Source: a virus. From it: a DNA stretch of 41,008 nt. Below are positions 25,117 through 32,604 of the stretch, piece by piece. The first letter of the stretch is position 1, and every line of letters begins with the position of its first letter. Position numbers and translations under genes: made by a program. The notes under the pieces are model-generated. The model saw only the letters and a program-made list of their open reading frames with translations, did not search any database and was not told the origin of the DNA. The stretch is from positions 1 through 41,008 of the IMG/VR virus record IMGVR_UViG_3300027494_000001; one strand, written 5' to 3'.

Positions 25117-25189
25117 GTTTCTCATTTTTGAGAAACCTGCCAAAATGGCAGGTTTTCTCATTTGTGAGAAAACCTGCCATTGTGGCAGC
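25117..25189. repeat. tandem ~36-bp repeat, each unit forming two hairpins
   Basis: Unit 1 is 25117-25152 and unit 2 is 25153-25189. The hairpins are gtttctca-tttt-tgagaaac, cctgcca-aaa-tggcagg, ttttctca-tttg-tgagaaaa and ctgcca-ttg-tggcag. T-runs follow the GC hairpins on both strands. Confidence 0.7.
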
Positions 25190-25191
25190 CA

Positions 25192-25548
25192 TTACACTGT
25201 TGCCACTTTGATCTTGACCCGCGCCTGCTCAGTGCCTGCCACCGTCGTGAATGTGATCCTCAATGTGGTCGTTTGTTCGTCATCATCGCTCCCCGCTGTC
25301 CCTCCGGACAACGTGAAACTGATCCCGGTGTTCGCCTCGATCGTCACGGGGTTTCCGTATTGGTCATAGTCGCTAGTGTCAGCTGATAACACGGTCGCTC
25401 CGCTGATTGTCAGGGATGCGTCAGGGCTGGTCACGCTGGTAACGCCTGTGATCGTCCGGCCCTTGATTGCTTCCCCCAAATCCACGTAATATGTTTTGGA
25501 TTCGCCGGTGTAATGCAGCAGCACTTGCCCATCAATGCAACACGTCAT
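25192..25548 (-). CDS. hypothetical beta-rich protein, fibre-module member
   Basis: 118 aa from ATG 25548, ATGA-coupled. Thr/Ser/Gly-rich. Confidence 0.5.
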   Translation of the reverse strand: MTCCIDGQVLLHYTGESKTYYVDLGEAIKGRTITGVTSVTSPDASLTISGATVLSADTSDYDQYGNPVTIEANTGISFTLSGGTAGSDDDEQTTTLRITFTTVAGTEQARVKIKVATV

Positions 25549-25763
25549 CTCCACGGCCCTCCATTCACGATTCTGCCTCTGTGCTCAATGGTCGCTGTCC
25601 TGCTCCGCGTCCCCAGTGTTGCCACCCTCGTTCTGTATTCGACTGCCACACCGTCACGGGCTGGCTGTGGTGACGGCGTAACGCCAGAATCAGCAAGCGC
25701 CCTTCCAGCCGCCCTCCAACCCTGCTGTGCAAACCCCCTGAATATGAATCGTCCTGTGCTCAT
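25545..25763 (-). CDS. hypothetical protein
   Basis: 72 aa. ATGA-coupled at its start, and its stop overlaps the next start. Confidence 0.4.
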   Translation of the reverse strand: MSTGRFIFRGFAQQGWRAAGRALADSGVTPSPQPARDGVAVEYRTRVATLGTRSRTATIEHRGRIVNGGPWR

Positions 25764-26914
25764 GCCTTACTCAATGTCGTTGTGCTGCGGTTCCCGCTGC
25801 TGTCCAGTCCCGTGTAATCCACGGTAAACGTATTGCCGCCGATCGTCAGCGTATACGTCTCTGCTGCCGTCTGCGCGTCGCTGCAGGCTCCCACAAGCAC
25901 AGCCAACGAATAGCTCACCCGGTCACTCACGATTAGCAGATTCGCGGCTGTCGCCAGCCCTGCCTGCAGCTCCGTCACCGCACTGGCTGCGATAGCGTCT
26001 GCATCAATCACGTCCATCTGCATCTCGTGCACGTCTGCTGCAACGTGGTTGCTGCCTGTCACCTGCACCGTCCGCTGATTGCTATTCTGTGCCAGCAACA
26101 CGCTGTCGAGATACCCCGCTCGTGTCGCCGTCCACGCGCTCGCCAGTGCCGCGTTGTCTGTCCCTCGCATGTCTGTATTTACGGTCGTCGTATCGACCAG
26201 CGTAACGCGTGACACATGCCCGCTGCTGTTGATGCCGAGTGCTGCGAAATTGGCTGGCACTGTAAACGTCGCCATGCGACTACTGATCGCTGCGTCGATC
26301 CGGCCCAACTCTGTGGCCAACTCCGTCCGCACTCCGCCCGCTGTCAACGTGCTACGACTGCTGACACTCACATCAATACGACCGAGCTCCGTCGCCAGTT
26401 CCGTCCGGACTGCGGTCGCGTTCGTCGCTGCTGAGGGTGGTGTCGTATATGATGCCGTGGCCAGCCTGCTGCCGACTGTGGTGTCAATCCGTCCCAACTC
26501 TGTCGCCAGTTCTGTCCGCACTCCGCCCGCTGTCAACGTGCTGATCGCTCCAGCCATCGCAGTGACTGCTGCGGTTGCTGTGACCAGTCCGCCGGTTGCG
26601 TTGGTGGCGTTGGTCTGCAATGCGTCGAACACCGAGGCCAGTAACACCGTCCAGTTATGCACCGCTGTTGCCTGTGCTGTGTTGCCGGAATATATCTCCA
26701 GCCGTCCGACCGTGTCCGTGTTGCTGGTGGTGAGTGCAATGGTGTAATAGCCGTTCGCGTCATGCGTCACGGTCGCTCCGCTCAGCGTTGCTGGCGTGCC
26801 GTTTTTGCTGATGCGGAAATCTCCGACAACAGCCGTTGTCACGGCTGCTCCGTTGGCGTCCAGCACTGGTCCGACGGTGACTGTTGCGGTTGCCGATTGT
26901 CTCAGGATCTTCAT
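25760..26914 (-). CDS. fibre-like protein with VRTELATELGRID repeats
   Basis: 384 aa from ATG 26914, two nt after the upstream stop. It carries three copies of (G)VRTELATELGRID-x-x-[VI]-S/G-SR, an Ala/Thr-rich shaft and a globular C-terminus. Confidence 0.6.
   Translation of the reverse strand: MKILRQSATATVTVGPVLDANGAAVTTAVVGDFRISKNGTPATLSGATVTHDANGYYTIALTTSNTDTVGRLEIYSGNTAQATAVHNWTVLLASVFDALQTNATNATGGLVTATAAVTAMAGAISTLTAGGVRTELATELGRIDTTVGSRLATASYTTPPSAATNATAVRTELATELGRIDVSVSSRSTLTAGGVRTELATELGRIDAAISSRMATFTVPANFAALGINSSGHVSRVTLVDTTTVNTDMRGTDNAALASAWTATRAGYLDSVLLAQNSNQRTVQVTGSNHVAADVHEMQMDVIDADAIAASAVTELQAGLATAANLLIVSDRVSYSLAVLVGACSDAQTAAETYTLTIGGNTFTVDYTGLDSSGNRSTTTLSKA
26297..26541. repeat. 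in-frame repeats, period 189 nt, inside the fibre-like gene
   Basis: An identical 29-mer (gtccgcactccgcccgctgtcaacgtgct) occurs at 26324-26352 and 26513-26541, with about 27 nt of near-identical flank upstream of each. A diverged third copy lies between them. Confidence 0.8.
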
Positions 26915-26916
26915 GC

Positions 26917-27651
26917 TCAACACTCCGCTCCGCAAATGATTCGCCGCCGTCTGTTGCCTGCCGTCGGAACCCGAAACGCATAACTCCGTCGCTGTGGTGT
27001 CAGCAGTCGCCCAAGACCGCCACGGCCTGCCTGGTACAGTTGCCGCACCTCCGGTGCCGTCAGCCCACGCCGCCAAACGCCGATGCTGTCGTGCTGTCCC
27101 GTTGTAAAAAATCCACCGGTGCTGAGACTGCCAATCCGGAACGTCGAGATACTCGGCACCGTTGGCGTCAGTGAGCCTGACACAGCTTCGCGACCATCAA
27201 CGTAAATCCGGCCAGTTGATCCGGTGCGTGATCCCACAATTTGCATGTAACTACCTGTGAGCGATGCTGCCGCACTAACATTATCCAATCCGCCATTACG
27301 GATGGAAAAATAAACATTTCCGTCTGAGTAATACTGCAGCCACGCGCCAGCCGTTGCGCTGGTTCGTGAACCTACAACGGAATCCACCAAAGCAGATGTT
27401 TTTCTGACCCAGTAACTGATCGTTAAATCAGTCGCACCGCTGAGTATTCCGCTGTTAATGACCACCTCGTCGTTGACGCCATCGAAATCGAGTGCCCACC
27501 CGCCCGGAGTACCAACCCAGTCGCTGCCAGCGTCCATATTTGTGAGGGTGCCGTGCTGGCCCCGTCCGCTGCGGTCCAGCAGCGTGTAACCGCTCGGCCC
27601 CAGCGTCGGACACCACGCACCAACCAAACCTTGTAGGATATTTCGGCTCAT
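26917..27651 (-). CDS. LamG (concanavalin A-like lectin) domain protein
   Basis: 244 aa. ...GWALDFDGVNDEVVI...LTISYWVRK...IYVDG... matches the Laminin_G_3 pattern common in phage fibre and adhesin proteins. Confidence 0.65.
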   Translation of the reverse strand: MSRNILQGLVGAWCPTLGPSGYTLLDRSGRGQHGTLTNMDAGSDWVGTPGGWALDFDGVNDEVVINSGILSGATDLTISYWVRKTSALVDSVVGSRTSATAGAWLQYYSDGNVYFSIRNGGLDNVSAAASLTGSYMQIVGSRTGSTGRIYVDGREAVSGSLTPTVPSISTFRIGSLSTGGFFTTGQHDSIGVWRRGLTAPEVRQLYQAGRGGLGRLLTPQRRSYAFRVPTAGNRRRRIICGAEC

Positions 27652-28151
27652 TGGATTTGCGGGTACTCGCCGTAATATGACAGTTCGTGATTGGCTGCGG
27701 TTGCGTTGAGTGCCGCCACTGTGTCATGCGTAACAAACAGCACAATCTTAGACGGCAATGCCCCGCCGAATGCACCGCGAAGGCTGATATTGGAAAAATG
27801 ATATGTTCGATCTGCGGTGTTATTTGTGGACATGTTGGCAACCGGCTTACAGATCAATGCCTTAATGTCTGCGCTGGTAATCGTCTCGCCTGACACCGTG
27901 CCGTCGAACACGTCCGGCCAATTCGCTCCGTCCCAACCAATCGCCCAAACCTGTATTTCCCTTTTGTCTGTGGGGCTGGTGCCGGTCGTGATTTTGCCAG
28001 AAGCGTAGATGTCCGTGAACCCGTCCGTGGTATTGTCGATTACGCTGGTTTCAATGCCCGTGAGTTTGTTTGTGTCACTGGCCAAACCCGGAACACCTGT
28101 GATCGTCAGCGTCGTCTTGCTGCCGTATTTAATCAGCACATTGTTGGGCAT
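27648..28151 (-). CDS. hypothetical beta-rich structural-like protein
   Basis: 167 aa from ATG 28151, which overlaps the upstream stop (TAATG). Confidence 0.5.
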   Translation of the reverse strand: MPNNVLIKYGSKTTLTITGVPGLASDTNKLTGIETSVIDNTTDGFTDIYASGKITTGTSPTDKREIQVWAIGWDGANWPDVFDGTVSGETITSADIKALICKPVANMSTNNTADRTYHFSNISLRGAFGGALPSKIVLFVTHDTVAALNATAANHELSYYGEYPQIQ

Positions 28152-28600
28152 TATGCACCCCCTGCGATTACTTTGCGGGCATTGATCACATAGCCGATTC
28201 CAACCTCGCCAATGTCGACGGTGTCGACCCACGGAACGGTCCTGACGCCCAGTGCAGCAATCGCTGTCGCATCCTCCTGCGTCAGCAGATTGTGCTGGAT
28301 CAGAATTGCGGATGCTGTAGAGACAGCAGCGTTCTGCAGGTCGATTGTGTCGCCAGCCTCTAGGAGTGCCATCAGCGTCGCACAGGCGTCATAAGGTGGC
28401 TCCGGCGCTGCTGTGTTGTCACCGATACGCTTAATCGCGGCCAGCTTGCCACGACTCGCCAGCGTCAGCCGGATCTGCTGTGCCGGAACGGGTGCGGCCT
28501 GCTGCACCGTCTTTGCGTTCACCGCGTTCGCTGCCTCCTGATCGCTCATGGTGGCATATTGCGGCTGTTTCAGTTCTTCGATCAATGCCTGTTCATTCAT
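28151..28600 (-). CDS. hypothetical protein
   Basis: 149 aa from ATG 28600 (MNEQALIEELKQ...). It overlaps the upstream stop by 8 nt. Confidence 0.5.
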   Translation of the reverse strand: MNEQALIEELKQPQYATMSDQEAANAVNAKTVQQAAPVPAQQIRLTLASRGKLAAIKRIGDNTAAPEPPYDACATLMALLEAGDTIDLQNAAVSTASAILIQHNLLTQEDATAIAALGVRTVPWVDTVDIGEVGIGYVINARKVIAGGA

Positions 28601-28970
28601 TGGCTGCTGCCTGTTGCTGTGGTGGCGTGCTGACAATCTCAATTTCGCCGATCACTTGATTCACTCGATTGCCTGCCGTCCGCAGGATCAATTTCGCACC
28701 GTTGATGCTCTGTTGTGTCATGTTTGCTCTGTTCGCATCAATACCACCGAACGCCTGTGCTTTGGCTTCTCGGCATTCCCAAAAACGATCCAGATTGTAA
28801 TTGATTCGTTCCGTCAATCGGTCCATTTCCGCCATCAATTCGTCGAGTGCGTCCTGAAAGATCTCGCATCCAGGTTCGACTGGTGCCGTCGGAATATCGG
28901 GCTCGCTCATATCGGCAACCAGAACCAGACTCGACCACGTCTGACGCAACCAATCGTACAGCCCCGCCAT
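28593..28970 (-). CDS. hypothetical soluble protein
   Basis: 125 aa with ordinary composition. Its first 233 nt lie inside the tail of the upstream 2-TM ORF, in the +1 frame. Confidence 0.5.
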   Translation of the reverse strand: MAGLYDWLRQTWSSLVLVADMSEPDIPTAPVEPGCEIFQDALDELMAEMDRLTERINYNLDRFWECREAKAQAFGGIDANRANMTQQSINGAKLILRTAGNRVNQVIGEIEIVSTPPQQQAAANE

Positions 28971-29220
28971 CCTCCACCCCCTGAGCTTTCTTTGCGGCCA
29001 CCATTGTGGCCAGTTCCTGATTGACCTGAACCATCTCGTAATAGCCGCGCGTCAGTGTCGCCGGACACAACACGCCTGTCAGTCCCGCCAGTATTCCGCC
29101 AATCAACTGCCAGCGGAACTGCTTTTGTCTCCATGCCTCAAACGCACACAAGACACTAATCACACCGCACGCCCATGCGGTCGTCGCTGTGTGCCAGAAC
29201 TCCTGCGTGAAATCAATCAC
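28738..29220 (-). CDS. two-TM membrane protein (holin-like), C-terminal extent doubtful
   Basis: GTG start overlapping the upstream stop. The TM helices are TATTAWACGVISVLCAFEAW and LIGGILAGLTGVLCPATL. After about aa 86 the sequence turns Arg/Gly/Ser-rich and overlaps the next gene. Confidence 0.45.
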   Translation of the reverse strand: MIDFTQEFWHTATTAWACGVISVLCAFEAWRQKQFRWQLIGGILAGLTGVLCPATLTRGYYEMVQVNQELATMVAAKKAQGVEDGGAVRLVASDVVESGSGCRYERARYSDGTSRTWMRDLSGRTRRIDGGNGPIDGTNQLQSGSFLGMPRSQSTGVRWY

Positions 29221-29423
29221 TGTCCACCTCTCACAAATCCATTGAGTGCGTAAATAATGATTGCCGCGGCCAAAGCGAAAACAACAGCCATCCAGCTTTT
29301 GCCGGTATGCCTGCCGATTGTTTCCAGTGTCTTGTTCGTGATCCGAATCGACAACCCCGGCATAGTGAAATGTACGATTTCACCATCGTCAGAATCATCC
29401 CTCGGCTGTGTCTGATCGTCCAT
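29217..29423 (-). CDS. small protein with a C-terminal TM helix
   Basis: 68 aa from ATG 29423. Acidic N-terminus and C-terminal WMAVVFALAAAIIIYAL. Confidence 0.45.
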   Translation of the reverse strand: MDDQTQPRDDSDDGEIVHFTMPGLSIRITNKTLETIGRHTGKSWMAVVFALAAAIIIYALNGFVRGGQ

Positions 29424-29467
29424 TGCATGATCCGACCTGATTTTCAGATTACGGGTTTCCCCTGATG

Positions 29468-29917
29468 TTACTCTGTTTTCCCCGCCCGTGCAACATGCGC
29501 CGCCTTCACTCGCTCCAGCAGGCTCCCCACGGTGCCCTTCTGGTATCCCGTGACAGTCTGCTTTTTTCCGTCCGGTCCTGTCCATCGCATTGCCGGAACA
29601 CGGTCGCTAAACCGCACCCATCGCACCTCAACGCCTGTGTTTCCGAGTGCCGCCAAATCCGCCTTCAGAGTCTGACACGGACCGCACCACGTCTCGGAAT
29701 GGATCTCCAGCACGGGCAACGGCTCCGCAGTTGTCGCCGACTCAGCAACGGTTGGCGTTTCAAGTGCCTGCACTCGTCGTTCCAGCTCGCTGACACGTGC
29801 CGCCAGTGTCGCCACGTCTGCGACTCTTGACGGTGTCGGTTCGTCGCTCTGTGTCTGCGTACGGTCCAGCAGTACCGCCAGCACAGCAATTCCGAGAATG
29901 CCCATTGCCTGCCTCAT
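29468..29917 (-). CDS. membrane-anchored thioredoxin-fold protein (WCGPC)
   Basis: 149 aa from ATG 29917, ATGA-coupled. It has an N-terminal hydrophobic anchor (MGILGIAVLAVLL), a short coiled coil, then VLEIHSETWCGPCQTLKADL ... VPAMRWTGPDGKK, a thioredoxin fold with a cis-Pro position. Confidence 0.6.
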   Translation of the reverse strand: MRQAMGILGIAVLAVLLDRTQTQSDEPTPSRVADVATLAARVSELERRVQALETPTVAESATTAEPLPVLEIHSETWCGPCQTLKADLAALGNTGVEVRWVRFSDRVPAMRWTGPDGKKQTVTGYQKGTVGSLLERVKAAHVARAGKTE

Positions 29918-30774
29918 GCGAAATACCCTCCCCCGCTCGTGATCCTGTCGTATCGTTCCTGCATCTTGTCCGGCGTCAGCAGGTATGCGCCAAACGGCTC
30001 CCATTTCGCCTTCTGCAACTGGTCGTAGCATCGCCTGCTCATCAGATAGTAGCCGTCCCCGTGACTATTCCAGACGGCCAGATACCACACCCCGCGCACC
30101 TCGATCGCCCAGATGATTTCGGTTGCGTGTCCGCCGCCCGATGTCGGCATTTTGTCCATCACCCGCTTTGGAGCACCTGCAACCGTCTGCCAGTCGACGC
30201 CCCATTTTGTGCCAATATGCCCGGTCGCACCCGCGGCCAACGCTGCCAGCAAATCATCCCAATCCGGCATATCGCCGACCTCGGTGACGTTGCAGTCCTC
30301 CGTCTGGAGATCCCTCGCATATCGCTCGAACTCACTCGCCCGTCGGCAGTATCTCAAATACGGCCATGCGGCCTCAGTGCAGATCCCCGGCCCCACCCCC
30401 AACCGTGGCAGTCCCTCGACCTGCACCCGCACTCCTGAGTGTATGCTGGTGCCGCGGTCAAGGCCGACATTGCTGGGTGCCATCGCGTATTCGCTGGCGT
30501 TGTACGCGTAAATCTCCGACAGCACTGGCATTGTCTGCCGTCCGCTGACATACCACGTTCGGCATTCCGCCCCGTTTGCGGCTGCATTGCCTTGGCAGTC
30601 GTTGCGTCGCTGCGTCTCCACCTGCATGACGTTCAGCGGGCTATTCGCCGGATCTCGCAACACGTCCAGATGCCCGCTGAAGTCGGACGCCCTCACGCGC
30701 ACCGATCGCAGTCCGCTCACCGCCTCACGCTCATCATCAGTGGGCTCGGGTAGTATTGCCTGTGGTTCGGCCAC
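29914..30774 (-). CDS. papain-fold-like cysteine peptidase (endolysin candidate)
   Basis: 286 aa from GTG 30774, with AGGAGGT six nt upstream. The order QRRNDCQGNAAANGAE ... GGHATEIIWAIE ... VWNSHGDGYYLM matches the Cys / His / Asn-Ser-x-G order of clan CA. Confidence 0.4.
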   Translation of the reverse strand: MAEPQAILPEPTDDEREAVSGLRSVRVRASDFSGHLDVLRDPANSPLNVMQVETQRRNDCQGNAAANGAECRTWYVSGRQTMPVLSEIYAYNASEYAMAPSNVGLDRGTSIHSGVRVQVEGLPRLGVGPGICTEAAWPYLRYCRRASEFERYARDLQTEDCNVTEVGDMPDWDDLLAALAAGATGHIGTKWGVDWQTVAGAPKRVMDKMPTSGGGHATEIIWAIEVRGVWYLAVWNSHGDGYYLMSRRCYDQLQKAKWEPFGAYLLTPDKMQERYDRITSGGGYFA

Positions 30775-31456
30775 GGCTGTACCTCCTGATGTATTGCGAG
30801 TGCTTTTCCGCTGTCCAATTCTCGCCGCCAAACTGCACCGACTCAGCCCTCAGCAGCGGCAGAAACGCCTGCTTGCGTGCCTCGATGTTCGCAGCCCCGA
30901 ACCAATCCGCGGCCAGTTTCTCGGACGTAATTTCTCCGCTGTCCAGCCTGTCGGCCAGATCGCTCTGCGCCTGACGCCATGCGGTCTCATACGCCCGGAA
31001 TGCAACAGCCACATCATCCGCAGGTGGCTGTGGTCGCTGATCCGGTGGTGTCGTTTGCGCTGCGGTCACATTCAGGATTCGCCTTCGCAAATCCACCACG
31101 TCCGCAGATCCAGCAGGCAGAATCAGCAGCTCGGCTGTGCCTGCCGCCAGTCCTCGGACGATGTACCCATTGGCTCGAGTAATCTGCCGTTCCTCGAGAC
31201 CCTTGCCACCGGCAAACCTCGAGTATATCACCGATCCCTGCTTTGCTGGCGTGACCTGCAGGACGCCTGCAGGGCTGGCCAGAATCACAAGCGATAAATC
31301 AGACTGGATCAGGTACAACTGATCGGTCGCGAAGGTGTCCGCAGTCGGTTGCGGCTGCGGTTCGTCCTCAATCTGTGGTGTCGGCTGCGGTGGCGTCGGA
31401 AACTCGATTGTTGGCACGTCCTGCAGCAGTGTCAGCAGCAGAAACAATGCCTTCAT
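30737..31456 (-). CDS. secreted protein with Pro-rich linkers
   Basis: 239 aa from ATG 31456, ATGA-coupled. It has the signal-like N-terminus MKALFLLLTLLQ, then a PTPPQPTPQIEDEPQPQP linker. Confidence 0.5.
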   Translation of the reverse strand: MKALFLLLTLLQDVPTIEFPTPPQPTPQIEDEPQPQPTADTFATDQLYLIQSDLSLVILASPAGVLQVTPAKQGSVIYSRFAGGKGLEERQITRANGYIVRGLAAGTAELLILPAGSADVVDLRRRILNVTAAQTTPPDQRPQPPADDVAVAFRAYETAWRQAQSDLADRLDSGEITSEKLAADWFGAANIEARKQAFLPLLRAESVQFGGENWTAEKHSQYIRRYSRGRTTGNTTRAH

Positions 31457-31929
31457 GTGACACCGTATTCCGAGCACAGGGATTCAGTGTCTGCCGGCTT
31501 CGCGGTGGCGAATCTGGTGTGCATCTTGTCCGCTAGCCGGTACGCTGAATCGGCGTTCATATCGTAGCGCCCAATGTCTGCAGGCAATCCTGTCTTGCGT
31601 GCGTTGCGGATTTCTTCGCCTCGCTTGCGCTGGCATTCCAACAGGATCTTCCGGGCGAGGCTCTCGACGTTTTTTGTCCGCTGTCCGGCGTCTGCATGTG
31701 CTGCCGCAACCTGCTGCTGCGGTGTCTGGTCCTGCTGTCGCTGCTGTCGCTTCTCGCGACAAGCCTTGAACCACTCGGCAATCATTGGCAGCAACGTGGT
31801 AATCACCGTGGCAATCGAGATTGGGTCAATGCCTGCTCGCTTGCCGTCCACGCCAACCGACACCAGTGCTCCGCAATCGTCACTCACCGTCTTTGCAAAT
31901 TTCTGTCCTGCCTTCATCGCCATCGTCAT
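31453..31929 (-). CDS. hypothetical protein
   Basis: 158 aa. Three in-frame ATGs follow a G7 run (31929, 31923, 31917), so the start is uncertain by up to 4 codons. Confidence 0.5.
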   Translation of the reverse strand: MTMAMKAGQKFAKTVSDDCGALVSVGVDGKRAGIDPISIATVITTLLPMIAEWFKACREKRQQRQQDQTPQQQVAAAHADAGQRTKNVESLARKILLECQRKRGEEIRNARKTGLPADIGRYDMNADSAYRLADKMHTRFATAKPADTESLCSEYGVT

Positions 31930-31950
31930 CCCCCCCTGAAAAAAGTGCCC

Positions 31951-32175
31951 TCAAATCCCCTCGCTCGGTTGCTCCACCACCGCCTCAATCGTGTAGGCCA
32001 GTGCCGCTGTCACCATCTCCCCAAACGCCCTCGCAGCCCTGTCGGCTGCCTGCACCGCTGCGGATCGCGTCGGGTATGTCTCCGAATTGAAAGTGATCTC
32101 TCCGTTGCCGCCAACGAATCGCACCCAGTGCTGTCCCGACTCACCGCTGACAACCTCAAGTTTCCACGGTCGCAT
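31951..32175 (-). CDS. YegP-like (DUF1508) protein
   Basis: 74 aa from ATG 32175, preceded by GAGGGGGAACGAAC. WVRFVGGNGEITFNSETYPTRSAAVQAADRA fits the DUF1508 repeat pattern. Confidence 0.55.
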   Translation of the reverse strand: MRPWKLEVVSGESGQHWVRFVGGNGEITFNSETYPTRSAAVQAADRAARAFGEMVTAALAYTIEAVVEQPSEGI

Positions 32176-32364
32176 GTTCGTTCCCCCTCGTGTCTCGAAA
32201 ACCCCCTGTGTGCTGTCCTCCGGGTTTGGAGAAGGCCCCTGCCGGAACGACGACCGGCAGGGGCGAGGGGGGGACTGCGATGCAGTCGCGGCCAATCGTC
32301 CGCGGGATTGGCGAGTGTGTCAATTCTTTTCTGGGTGCTTTTCCGGGACATACCGGGTCGGCTC

Positions 32365-32591
32365 CTGAATTCCCTCGCACAGACGTGAAAGAGAAAAATG
32401 GCCCAAAACGGTAGAAATTCAGTGTAGTGGTAGACCCTATAGGAATTAGGGAATTTACTCTTAATCATGTATATAAAGCTGGATATTTACTAGACTTACG
32501 ACGCCTCTCTGAATTCCCTGGCGTCAGGGAATTCAGCGGAACTCAGACTTTTCCGCTCGCTGAATTCCCGGAATTCAGGCTGAATTCCCTG
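32365..32591. promoter_or_regulatory. iteron-like CTGAATTCC(CTG) repeats flanking an AT-rich stretch (candidate origin or operator region)
   Basis: Direct copies lie at 32365-32375, 32509-32520, 32560-32570 and 32580-32591. Inverted copies lie at 32525-32536 and 32570-32578. Copies 32509-32520 and 32525-32536 form a perfect 12-bp palindrome with a 4-nt spacer. The segment from about 32380 to 32500 is visibly AT-rich. Confidence 0.55.
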
Positions 32592-32604
32592 ACGTTCTTG
32601 GAAC

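Noticed and set aside
26297-26541. Repeated segments in the fibre-like gene, considered as a DGR template/variable repeat pair.
   Set aside because: No reverse transcriptase exists in the genome. The copies are in-frame tandem protein repeats in one ORF, and their substitutions (g/t, g/c, a/g, c/t) are not adenine-specific.
32295-32323. A TTGACA hexamer on the minus strand (32318-32323), considered as the promoter for the YegP-like operon.
   Set aside because: The best -10 at a 17-nt spacing is GACGAT (3 of 6). This is too weak to call from sequence alone, so I left it as a possibility inside the regulatory-region finding.
32425-32434. tagtggtaga, reminiscent of a tRNA D-arm, in the AT-rich intergenic region.
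   Set aside because: I could not build an acceptor stem and found no GTTCRA-type T-loop within 80 nt on either strand. I recognised no tRNA anywhere in the window, although I could not run a covariance search.
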